A stretch of DNA of 64,000 bases from Sulfolobaceae archaeon (GTDB lineage: Archaea > Thermoproteota > Thermoprotei_A > Sulfolobales > Sulfolobaceae). Location of the stretch: assembly GCA_038893355.1 (NCBI GenBank), contig JAWARQ010000005.1, positions 96,001 through 160,000 of the forward strand, written 5' to 3'. Below are positions 47,429-58,559 of the stretch, piece after piece. Below the pieces are notes generated by a model, which was not told where the DNA came from, did not search any database, and saw only the letters and a program-made list of their open reading frames with translations. Both the position numbers and the translations under genes were made by a program. Each line of letters starts with the position of its first letter. The first letter of the stretch is position 1.

Positions 47429-48006
47429 GGATAACCGGTGCTAGTGGGGTAATCTATGGATTAAGGGCAGTAAAAGTACTGAAGGAATATGGATATAATG
47501 TAATTTCAATATATACTAAAGAAGCAGAAAAAGTTGCAAAAGTAGAGTGTAATATTGATATAGAGAATTTTTTAAAGGAGTTTTCTAAAGGGGTCTATAC
47601 TGAAGAAGAAATAGAAGCACCACCCTCAAGTAGTAGTTATATAGTAACTACAAAGGGTATGATAATAATACCTTGTAGTATAAGAACATTAGCGGAAATT
47701 GCAAATGGATTATCTTATAATTTGGTTTCTAGGACTGCTATAAACTTCTTGAGGGTTAGGAAAAGACTAGTACTCGTAATTAGAGAAACACCGCTAGGTT
47801 ATATCGAACTTAATAATGCGCTTAAGGTTGCAAAAGCTGGTGGGATAATACTTCCTGCCTCACCGGCATTTTATATAAAGCCAAAAAATCTTAATGACAT
47901 TATTGATTTTGTTGTCGGAAAAGCATTAGATATGCTTGAAATAGAGCATGAACTATATAAAAGATGGACTAGAGTAGATCGTACTCCTTGCGACCTAACT
48001 TTTTAG
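47374..48006 (+). CDS. ubiX: Flavin prenyltransferase UbiX
   Basis: GITGASG, PCS..TL, RETPL, PAFY. Confidence 0.95.
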   Translation: MAKEARTEGRNEKETVIIGITGASGVIYGLRAVKVLKEYGYNVISIYTKEAEKVAKVECNIDIENFLKEFSKGVYTEEEIEAPPSSSSYIVTTKGMIIIPCSIRTLAEIANGLSYNLVSRTAINFLRVRKRLVLVIRETPLGYIELNNALKVAKAGGIILPASPAFYIKPKNLNDIIDFVVGKALDMLEIEHELYKRWTRVDRTPCDLTF

Positions 48007-48442
48007 ATATCATTTCTTTTAATTTTGCTTCTTCTTCCTCAACCTTCTTTAATTCTTTTTCAATTTCTTCTTCCTCAACCTTCTTTGATACTGCAAATGC
48101 ACATCTATTCCCTGGTAATAATGCCCTCTTCTCACAATATGCATATTGACAATCTCCAGTAATGCACGTATCTCCAACCCATCTACATAATCCTAATTTT
48201 TGTGGTGTACCTTTAATATATCTTACTTGAATACTTAATGCCTTTTTATTACATCTAAAATATGGGCATAAATAGTTACACTTCTCCCCTAATGGTAAGG
48301 GTTTTGGTTCATCCTCTTTAAAACTTATTTCTTTTCTAGCTGCATACTTCCCATCATGGCTTCTGAAATTTCTTGATGATATATCTTTCAAAACTTTGAC
48401 CCTCCTAGATTCCAGCTCAAATATATTTACATTTTCACCCAT
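47969..48442 (-). CDS. Cys-rich hypothetical protein
   Basis: Eight Cys (CNYLCPYFRC...CRWVGDTC...CQYAYC...C) and a charged C-terminus; start uncertain. Confidence 0.7.
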   Translation of the reverse strand: MGENVNIFELESRRVKVLKDISSRNFRSHDGKYAARKEISFKEDEPKPLPLGEKCNYLCPYFRCNKKALSIQVRYIKGTPQKLGLCRWVGDTCITGDCQYAYCEKRALLPGNRCAFAVSKKVEEEEIEKELKKVEEEEAKLKEMISKKLGRKEYDLL

Positions 48443-48978
48443 TTAAAGATTGTGTATCTAATTAATCTTGTCTTAGGGTTAACAAATGCAATTACTAAAC
48501 TCTTTCGAGTGCTATGCGAAACTCTTCCAAATCCTGTTATTAAATTAGGTTTTATTGGTTCTTCAGAGTTTACTACAATTACTAGATATGGGGCATGCTC
48601 TATACCCGGTCCTATTGTATAGACAGAAAAATCTGCTCCATATTTTAATCCAGATCTTACTACGAATCCCTTGTTTCTTAGATCTTCGTAAACTATATAT
48701 AAAAGCTCAAAATTTTCGATATGAGCCTTAGCATATTTAAAAAATTCATCTTCTAAAATTAACTTTTCTTCTAGATTATAAACTTCTAAAATTTTTTTCC
48801 TTATTAAATATAATCCTTCTATTAAAGACAGTTCTAAGGGAGTTTTTATATCTTCGACACTTTTTGGTTTATTAATACCTATAGGCTTTCCAAAAAAACC
48901 TTTAGAGTATATATCTTTTGAAGCCTCAATATCTGGTATAATAACCCTGTTTCCAACTAAATATCCCTTATGAGCCAA
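48427..48978 (-). CDS. endA: tRNA-splicing endonuclease, catalytic alpha subunit
   Basis: Crenarchaea-specific loop GKPIG..KPK; GLKYGADF, catalytic Y/H/K (VY, EHA, TRK). Confidence 0.95.
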   Translation of the reverse strand: MAHKGYLVGNRVIIPDIEASKDIYSKGFFGKPIGINKPKSVEDIKTPLELSLIEGLYLIRKKILEVYNLEEKLILEDEFFKYAKAHIENFELLYIVYEDLRNKGFVVRSGLKYGADFSVYTIGPGIEHAPYLVIVVNSEEPIKPNLITGFGRVSHSTRKSLVIAFVNPKTRLIRYTIFKWVKM

Positions 48979-48981
48979 AGC

Positions 48982-49617
48982 TTAAACCCTCTGGAATATT
49001 AGATAATGTAAAATGTCTGCACAACCGCGTAATAAATCTGCCACATCTTCAAGTCTATCTCCTATATCCTTAACTAACATAACATAAATTAAATTACTAT
49101 TATTTTCAAATAATTTTAATTCAAAACTTCTGTATAATTCATCAACATCCTCTTCTAACTTTATTATACCTCTTACTGAATCTTGTGAAAGTTTAGGATT
49201 AGAGAGTAATACTCTTATTGAGAATTGTAGTTTATCCAAACTCTCCAATATTTTTTCTATAATACTCTTTATTAAACTCAGAATAACTTCCTCAATTACT
49301 ATAGACTTTTGGCGTAGTATACTTAGCCTATATGCAGTAGCATCTATATTCTGAGAAATTTTCTCCAAATATTTTAAAATTTCTATGTAAACCTCTTTAG
49401 CCAACAATCCTTGACTTATTTTTGCTATATACTCACTTAATCTAGTCTTTATTAATTCAACATTACTCTTTATTCCATTAATTTTAATATAAAATTGAAA
49501 ACCATCTTGCTGTGAATTATGAATATACTCTTTTAGAATTCTTACCTGCTCGATTATATTGGAAACTATTTGCTGAAGTTGTTCTTGAATAACCATTTCT
49601 GCAATATCTTGACTCAT
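48982..49617 (-). CDS. DUF47/PhoU-like helical protein
   Basis: LEEDVDELYR and DRLEDVAD motifs. Confidence 0.8.
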   Translation of the reverse strand: MSQDIAEMVIQEQLQQIVSNIIEQVRILKEYIHNSQQDGFQFYIKINGIKSNVELIKTRLSEYIAKISQGLLAKEVYIEILKYLEKISQNIDATAYRLSILRQKSIVIEEVILSLIKSIIEKILESLDKLQFSIRVLLSNPKLSQDSVRGIIKLEEDVDELYRSFELKLFENNSNLIYVMLVKDIGDRLEDVADLLRGCADILHYLIFQRV

Positions 49618-49640
49618 TAAGAAAAATGATGAGAAACAGT

Positions 49641-50045
49641 TTAAAAGCTAAATTGGGATAGCTTTTCAATAAATTCTCTCGCCTCTTTAATATCACTAGA
49701 TAAATCTAAGATGTAGCCATTTTCCCTAGCATTATCCCTTAACTTCTCTAATAGCTCTATCTCATCTGGAATTCCAATTTCCCTTAAGTAGCTACAAATA
49801 CCATATGCCTCTTCTTTTAACTCGCTTCGGGCTAATTTCTGATAATTTTTTAATATAATATCAATACCCTTCTTAATCTCTTTTCTTAACCTCTTTAATC
49901 TCTTAGTAAGTAAATTTGCTTTATCTATATCAATTTGTGGGAAAGAGAGAAGATTTTCTAACCTCTGTAAAACCTCAGAATGCTCCTCTATTATTTGCTC
50001 AAAACTTATTAAGACTCTTGATACTTCAATTTCTTCTTCATTCAT
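49641..50045 (-). CDS. Hypothetical helical protein
   Basis: 134-aa ORF with ATGA coupling in the glyS operon. Confidence 0.7.
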   Translation of the reverse strand: MNEEEIEVSRVLISFEQIIEEHSEVLQRLENLLSFPQIDIDKANLLTKRLKRLRKEIKKGIDIILKNYQKLARSELKEEAYGICSYLREIGIPDEIELLEKLRDNARENGYILDLSSDIKEAREFIEKLSQFSF

Positions 50046-50412
50046 TTAATCGCCCTTATAGTTACAGTACTATTATCTTCTATACCCAATACGGATAAGT
50101 CTGAAGAATTAGCCCATACTTCTAAATAGGGGATAGCGTCCTGTATAATAACCTTTACCCTTATTCTCTTTCCTTTTACAGATATCTCAGCCTCTTCCTT
50201 AGCGCCTATTTCCTCAGCAAGTTTTTTAGAAATTATAATATTCCCTTTTTCTACCTCATTCTTTTTCCTTATCTTAATCCTCTTTTCCTTTACTTGCTTA
50301 ACTTCTTTACTCTTAAGTGCTGCAGCAGGAGGAATTATACTCACCAATGATTTAATATCCCTCTTTTTTTGTTGGTTTTCAGTTTCCTCCTGAGCATTAT
50401 CTTCCTCTACAC

Positions 50413-50416
<4 letters not shown>
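50042..50416 (-). CDS. Small double-psi beta-barrel-like (CDC48-N-like) protein
   Basis: Two internal repeats ([14 protein letters not shown] / [19 protein letters not shown]). The frame extends 23 codons upstream of TTG 50347 to an ATA overlapping the glyS stop. Confidence 0.7.
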
Positions 50417-52146
<1,730 letters not shown>

Positions 52147-52192
52147 ACGCTTTCCGTTAATTTTAAGAATATAAAAGCTCTTTCAACTCTTC

Positions 52193-53098
52193 ATGAACGA
52201 CTATAGATTATTATACCTTAATGAAAACTCAATAAAATTTGCTGGGTTTAACAGAAGTGATTCACCATTCATTATTATTGGAATACCAATGGATATAACA
52301 AGTAGCTATAGGCCAGGGAGCAGATTTGCTCCATATCAAATAAGAAATAATTCACAATATATAGAATTTTACTCTATGCGAACCGGAATAGATATTGGAG
52401 AAATTGGATTTAATGATGTTGGCGATATAATACTACACCCTTCTGACGTAGAGGAAAATTTAAAGAGAATTTCTGAAGTTATATCTTATTTCTTAGAACA
52501 AAATAAGAAGATAATTAGCATAGGAGGAGAACATACAATAACTTTAGGAATAATTAGGGCATTTAAAGAAACACCATGTATAATTTCCTTTGACGCACAT
52601 CTTGATCTCAGGGACGAATATTTAGGATATAAATATGATCATGCTTGTGTAATGAGGAGAATTTATGAGGAGAAGAAATCAAAAATCATAGAAATAGGGA
52701 CAAGGGCAGTAAGCAGAGATGAGATTGAATTCGCAAATAAAAATGGAATATTATATTTTACACCATTCCAAATACGAGTATTAGGCATTCGTGAAATTGC
52801 TAGAAGAATCTTATTATCCTTACAAGATTGTAAAAGTATTTATATAAGCTACGATATGGACGTCTTTGACCCTTCATTTGCACCCGGTGTTGCAACTCCA
52901 GAACCAGAAGGATTAGATCCCACAACAGTCTTAGATCTAGTTAATATATTGCTAGAGAATACAAAATCGAAAATTACTGGATTTGATATCGTGGAATTAG
53001 CTCCGCCTTTTGATCCTAGTTATATTACTATAATATTAGCTTCAAAATTAATTTTAGAAACATCTGCGATAATTGCAAAATATACAAAAATTATTTAA
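52193..53098 (+). CDS. speB: Agmatinase (ureohydrolase)
   Basis: GGEH, DAHLD, DMDVFDP..APG...PE. Confidence 0.93.
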   Translation: MNDYRLLYLNENSIKFAGFNRSDSPFIIIGIPMDITSSYRPGSRFAPYQIRNNSQYIEFYSMRTGIDIGEIGFNDVGDIILHPSDVEENLKRISEVISYFLEQNKKIISIGGEHTITLGIIRAFKETPCIISFDAHLDLRDEYLGYKYDHACVMRRIYEEKKSKIIEIGTRAVSRDEIEFANKNGILYFTPFQIRVLGIREIARRILLSLQDCKSIYISYDMDVFDPSFAPGVATPEPEGLDPTTVLDLVNILLENTKSKITGFDIVELAPPFDPSYITIILASKLILETSAIIAKYTKII

Positions 53099-53241
53099 AT
53101 AGCTTTAACTACCTTTATCGTTGGCTTTCTAATCATATAAATTACCTTATATCCACAAAATGGACATCTTATCCCTGGCAAGACCCTTAACTGTTCATCA
53201 GTAAATACTTTCCAACATCTCCCGCATCTATAAGTTGCCAT
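53095..53241 (-). CDS. rpoP: RNA polymerase subunit Rpo12 (P)
   Basis: Below track cutoff; [48 protein letters not shown]. Confidence 0.96.
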   Translation of the reverse strand: MATYRCGRCWKVFTDEQLRVLPGIRCPFCGYKVIYMIRKPTIKVVKAI

Positions 53242-53307
53242 AGTTCTAACTCTAACATTCTACTTTAAATATTTATCATTTCGAAAACTATTTCGTTATT
53301 TGCCCAC

Positions 53308-53374
53308 TAATAATGGCAGAAAATTTGAAAAGGAGTAACTATGAAATAATACATTAATAATGGCAGAAAATTTG
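53308..53374 (+). repeat. Exact 20-nt direct repeat TAATAATGGCAGAAAATTTG (53308-53327, 53355-53374)
   Basis: Read directly; the second copy contains the aIF1 start codon. Confidence 0.9.
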
Positions 53375-53662
53375 TGTGGAGGTCTACCACCAGAAATTTG
53401 TGAACAATTAAACAAAGAAGAACAATTAATAAAGGTAAAATTGGAAAAAAGAAGATATGGAAAAGAAGTCACTATTATTGAAGGACTAAGTAATGATGAT
53501 AAAGAGTTAAAGAAAATAGCCTCTGAGCTTAAATCTAAATTGGCCGCAGGAGGAACTGTAAAGAACGGAAGAATAGAAATTCAAGGTGATCATAGAGAAA
53601 AAGTTAAGGAATTATTAATCAAAATGGGTTATTCAGAATCTAATATTATGGTCATAGAGTAG
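53360..53662 (+). CDS. sui1: Translation initiation factor aIF1 (SUI1 family)
   Basis: [26 protein letters not shown]. Confidence 0.96.
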   Translation: MAENLCGGLPPEICEQLNKEEQLIKVKLEKRRYGKEVTIIEGLSNDDKELKKIASELKSKLAAGGTVKNGRIEIQGDHREKVKELLIKMGYSESNIMVIE

Positions 53663-53707
53663 AAGATTAAGATAAGACTTTTAACACCAATTAATAATTA
53701 TTTTATT

Positions 53708-53780
53708 AGCCGGGTCGTCTAGCGGTCAAGGATACGGGGCTTTGGCCCCCGTGACCAGGGTTCGAATCCCTGCCCGGCTA
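53708..53780 (+). tRNA. tRNA-Gln(UUG)
   Basis: A1-U72 acceptor AGCCGGG/CCCGGCT, anticodon arm CGGGG-CTTTGGC-CCCCG, T-loop TTCGAAT. Confidence 0.97.
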
Positions 53781-53792
53781 CTTTTACTAGTA

Positions 53793-54037
53793 CTAAATCA
53801 TTTTTCATGCAAACAGAGATCTTTTTATACTATTTTATTTTGAAATTCTGTTAAAAACGATGAACCCTTATACTAGTATAGGTTATGCCCAAAACAGTGA
53901 GGGCGAAAAGTGCAGAAATATGAGTCAATTTAACTAAAGGTATCTTTCGATCTACAATGACTGAGGCTTAAGTACCTTTTACTGTTACGAATTTAGGTCT
54001 GTTAGGGGCATAACATATAGTGCTACACTGGATCGTA
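53793..54037 (+). repeat. Diverged tRNA-linked non-coding element, copy 2
   Basis: Collinear similarity to 10598-10840; inverted repeat GTTATGCCC (53882-53890) / GGGCATAAC (54006-54014). Confidence 0.65.
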
Positions 54038-54340
54038 GATAATTAAAATAAAAAAGTGTATGGGCAAACCGTTACGTTCCTAGAATCATACATACTTACT
54101 GCTTTAACATCTCTCTATTAAGTAAACATAATATCTTCCATTATCTTCTCTTCAATAAGACAAGTTAGATTATCTTGAAATATAATAATTACTTTTATCT
54201 AATTTTGAGGTGGTAGTTCAAACCTATATTTAGATAATAACGAAAACATTTTATCGTGATCTCAAACTAATTATGTATAGAAATCTTATAGATAAGCTTA
54301 TAAGAATAAAAAGGAAAAGTTTTTAAGTGCTTATTAAGAT

Positions 54341-55303
<963 letters not shown>

Positions 55304-55361
55304 GGTTAAATCCCCGAATTTAAGGAAGGGTTATCTCTATAAACCTAATTATTGATTTACA

Positions 55362-55937
55362 ATGTATAGAGTTCGATTTAAAAGAGGAGATTCTGAGGTA
55401 ATATATTCTATAGAAAATGAAAAAGTAAAAGTTGAAAATAGTTTAATAAATCTATTAAAAAGTATAGGAATAAATATAGATTATTTTCTGAATTTAATTT
55501 TAAGATTAATAAAAAATAAAGAAACAGTACATTCTGAATACATATATTTAGATTGTGAGCCGAATGTAAAGCTAATATTATTTGATCTTGATATAGAAAA
55601 TAATTGTAATAATGAAATCATTGTAATATTATTATGTGAAAATTATAAACTAGGTAGAATAATAACAATAAATTATATTAATATAGATGATATTCTAATA
55701 AGTATTATAAAAAATATTATAAAAGAAAATCAGAAATTAATAAAATTAAAAATCTTTCAAAAATATTATATATTTTTAATATTTAATATTATAAAAAATA
55801 TTATAAAAGAAGTTCATGAGGAGGTTAGGATCAATAATGATAGGATTATCTGGAGCATGAGGAGTAAGGATTTTATAGTTAATTGGCCTCTTGATGAAAA
55901 TCAAGTTGAGATCGTTAAACAAAAAAAGATTTTATGA
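55362..55937 (+). CDS. Hypothetical protein, very AT-rich (Ile/Asn/Lys-rich)
   Basis: 191-aa open frame with no recognisable motif. Confidence 0.5.
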   Translation: MYRVRFKRGDSEVIYSIENEKVKVENSLINLLKSIGINIDYFLNLILRLIKNKETVHSEYIYLDCEPNVKLILFDLDIENNCNNEIIVILLCENYKLGRIITINYINIDDILISIIKNIIKENQKLIKLKIFQKYYIFLIFNIIKNIIKEVHEEVRINNDRIIWSMRSKDFIVNWPLDENQVEIVKQKKIL

Positions 55938-55958
55938 GGGAGATTAATTTATAAAACA

Positions 55959-56561
55959 ATGGATCCCGACGATCTAGAATGGAGATTCAGTAGAATGAAT
56001 GAAGGCTTATCATTCCTCTTAGCAGTCTTATCGCTTGGTATTGGGTATATAGTAAGATATATAACTTCGCCATTACTTCTAATACTTTTAATACTTACAA
56101 CAGCAATAGCAATAGTTCCTCATGAAGTAGCACATAGGCAAGTAGCTAGAATGAATGGTTGTAATTCTAGGTTTGTACTAAGTTTTACTGGCTTTATTGT
56201 TACATTTTTCATAAATTTGGTAATGGGACTTATTGGATTTGGGCCAATAATATTTATTTCAGGCTATACTTCATCTTCTTGTAGGTTTTTTAGTCTAAGT
56301 AAAGATTTAGAGGGTAAGATTGCTTTAGCTGGTCCTCTTATTAATATAATAATAGCAATTCTCTCCATAATTTTGCTCAGATTTACGACTGGAATAACAT
56401 CGATTTTCCTAATATTACTAGTTACATTCAATAGTTTTGTTGCGTTTTTCAACTTATTGCCCTTGGGTCAGTTAGATGGGTATAAGATATTTAGGTGGAA
56501 TGTAGTAATATGGAGTATAATGTTTATAATTTCAATCGTATTAATAATCCGAATATTTTAA
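55959..56561 (+). CDS. Site-2 protease family (M50) membrane metalloprotease
   Basis: HEVAH, AGP..N, FNLLP...LDG. Confidence 0.9.
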   Translation: MDPDDLEWRFSRMNEGLSFLLAVLSLGIGYIVRYITSPLLLILLILTTAIAIVPHEVAHRQVARMNGCNSRFVLSFTGFIVTFFINLVMGLIGFGPIIFISGYTSSSCRFFSLSKDLEGKIALAGPLINIIIAILSIILLRFTTGITSIFLILLVTFNSFVAFFNLLPLGQLDGYKIFRWNVVIWSIMFIISIVLIIRIF

Positions 56562-56653
56562 AATTACTGAAAATAATATTTTATTTAAATATAGTCTTTT
56601 ATTGTATTATTGAGTCTAAAAACTTTAAAATAAAATGAAGTTAGTTAGACTGC

Positions 56654-56818
56654 ATGAATGAAGTCGAACTTCTCTTATTTTTAATAGGTACCGTGCTATT
56701 TCCTTATGGAGTGTATGAGATATTTAAAAGTAATGGTGATAGGTTAATTAAGTGGTTATTGCTAGTAATATCAATATTACTTTTTGTAATAGAAAGTATT
56801 ATAGTCTTTTTATTATAA
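56654..56818 (+). CDS. Small two-TM membrane protein
   Basis: Below track cutoff; MNEVELLLFLIGTVLFPYGVYEIFKSNGDRLIKWLLLVISILLFVIESIIVFLL, TATA-like TTTAAA upstream. Confidence 0.65.
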   Translation: MNEVELLLFLIGTVLFPYGVYEIFKSNGDRLIKWLLLVISILLFVIESIIVFLL

Positions 56819-56827
56819 AATAGTTAG

Positions 56828-57409
56828 ATGATAATATTAGTTACTGGAACGCCGGGTGTTGGTAAAACTCAAGTAGCTAAGATGCTTAGCTCTCAATATA
56901 GCATGGTGTATTTGAATGTATCTGAGTTTGTGATAAATAATAATCTTTTTCTAAGTTATGACGAGGAATATCAGTCCTATATTATTGACGAAGAGAAGAC
57001 TATCAGGGCTTTAGAAGAGTACATTAGTCATAGTGATAAATCAATTATTATAGAAAGTATTTATCCTTCATTAATAACCAAAGCTGATAAAGTAATAGTT
57101 CTTCGAAAAAATCCTTTCAAATTATATTCTGAACTAAAGCAGAAGGGTTGGCCAGAACAAAAGGTCGCAGAAAATGTTATGGCTGAAATATTAGGTGTAA
57201 TATCTCAAGAGGCTAGAGAAAAATTTAATGATAAAGTTTGTGAAATAGATGTAACTAATCTAAATATTAATAAAATATTAGAGAAAATAAATAAATATGA
57301 ATGTGATTATAATATAGATTGGTTAAATCTCGAGAATATTGAAGAATTTATGTTTTCATTAGATAAGATTATAAATGGATCTGAGGAAATAAATATGAGT
57401 GAAAAATGA
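56828..57409 (+). CDS. Adenylate kinase 6 / Fap7-like ATPase
   Basis: TGTPGVGKT, LR.NP..L, KV.EN..AEI. Confidence 0.88.
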   Translation: MIILVTGTPGVGKTQVAKMLSSQYSMVYLNVSEFVINNNLFLSYDEEYQSYIIDEEKTIRALEEYISHSDKSIIIESIYPSLITKADKVIVLRKNPFKLYSELKQKGWPEQKVAENVMAEILGVISQEAREKFNDKVCEIDVTNLNINKILEKINKYECDYNIDWLNLENIEEFMFSLDKIINGSEEINMSEK

Positions 57410-58302
57410 GCAATAACCCTTTTAGGATTTCGCAACCCTCTTCTCCTGGAAGACAGCCAAGGGATCTAAGGAAAATTACACCGCAGCCAATGCAAGAAAT
57501 TGATATTAAAATTAAAGAAAGATTAAAAGATATAAAATATAAAATAGCAGTAATGAGTGGAAAAGGTGGGGTAGGTAAGTCTTTTATATCTTCTAATTTA
57601 GCTATGGCATTAGCTGCTGCCGGTAAAAAAGTTGGAGTGCTTGATGTAGATTTTCATGGGCCATCAATACCTAAAATGCTAGGTGTAAGAGGACAATTTC
57701 TTACTGCAAGTGAGAATGGAATAAATCCAGTAATTGGGCCTTATGGTATAAAGGTAGTTTCTATAGACTTTCTATTACCAAAAGATGATACGCCTGTAGT
57801 CTGGAGAGGTGCGATAAAGCATTCGGCAATAAGGCAATTTCTTGGAGATGTAAATTGGGGAGTTTTGGATTATTTAATTATCGATATGCCACCTGGTACT
57901 GGAGATGAGGCATTATCAGTAGCACAACTCATACCAAATCTTACGGGAATAGTAATAGTGACAATTCCTTCAGAAGTTTCTACATTAGCAGTAAAGAGGT
58001 CTATAAATTTTGCAAAAATTGTAAATACCAAAATTTTAGGAGTTATAGAAAATATGAGTTATTTTGTATGTCCATCTAATGGTAAGCCTTATTATATCTT
58101 TGGCGTTAACAAAGGAAAGGAAATGGCCGAAGAGATGGGGGTTAGATTATTGGGACAAATTCCATTAGAGGAAAGCATAGCATTAGCTAATGATAATGGT
58201 GAACCATTCTTTTTGAAATATCCAGGCACACAAGCTGCAAAGGAGTTCATAAGAATAGCAGAAACCCTAATTAAAATAGTAGAGAATGAGGAGAAAAAGT
58301 AA
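57406..58302 (+). CDS. apbC: Mrp/Nbp35 (ApbC) Fe-S carrier ATPase
   Basis: SGKGGVGKS, D.DFHGPS, VVWRG, DMPPGTGD, ENMS. Confidence 0.93.
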   Translation: MSNNPFRISQPSSPGRQPRDLRKITPQPMQEIDIKIKERLKDIKYKIAVMSGKGGVGKSFISSNLAMALAAAGKKVGVLDVDFHGPSIPKMLGVRGQFLTASENGINPVIGPYGIKVVSIDFLLPKDDTPVVWRGAIKHSAIRQFLGDVNWGVLDYLIIDMPPGTGDEALSVAQLIPNLTGIVIVTIPSEVSTLAVKRSINFAKIVNTKILGVIENMSYFVCPSNGKPYYIFGVNKGKEMAEEMGVRLLGQIPLEESIALANDNGEPFFLKYPGTQAAKEFIRIAETLIKIVENEEKK

Positions 58303-58518
58303 TCAATTTGATTTTAATTTAAAATAAAATTTCTTAAGTTCATAAATAGGATATTTTTCTACCTTACCTTCTCTCACTAATTCTGCTAATGCTTCTCTAA
58401 AAATAAGAAAGTTTATTTCATATCCTCTGTTTAATAACTCATCCCTAATTTCAGTAGAAGTCATTTCTCGTTCTCTCAATAGTTCTATAATCTTCTTCTT
58501 AAGTTCGTCTTTATCCAT
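58303..58518 (-). CDS. Small winged-helix protein
   Basis: MTSTEI...REALAELVREGKV pattern. Confidence 0.7.
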   Translation of the reverse strand: MDKDELKKKIIELLREREMTSTEIRDELLNRGYEINFLIFREALAELVREGKVEKYPIYELKKFYFKLKSN

Positions 58519-58559
58519 ATAGTTAAATTCTACGTTTTTAGGAAATAAATTTAGATAAG

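Noticed and set aside
55304-55335. Weak hairpin after tfb resembling an IS200/IS605 end
   Set aside because: Too short and degenerate to support; could be a terminator or chance.
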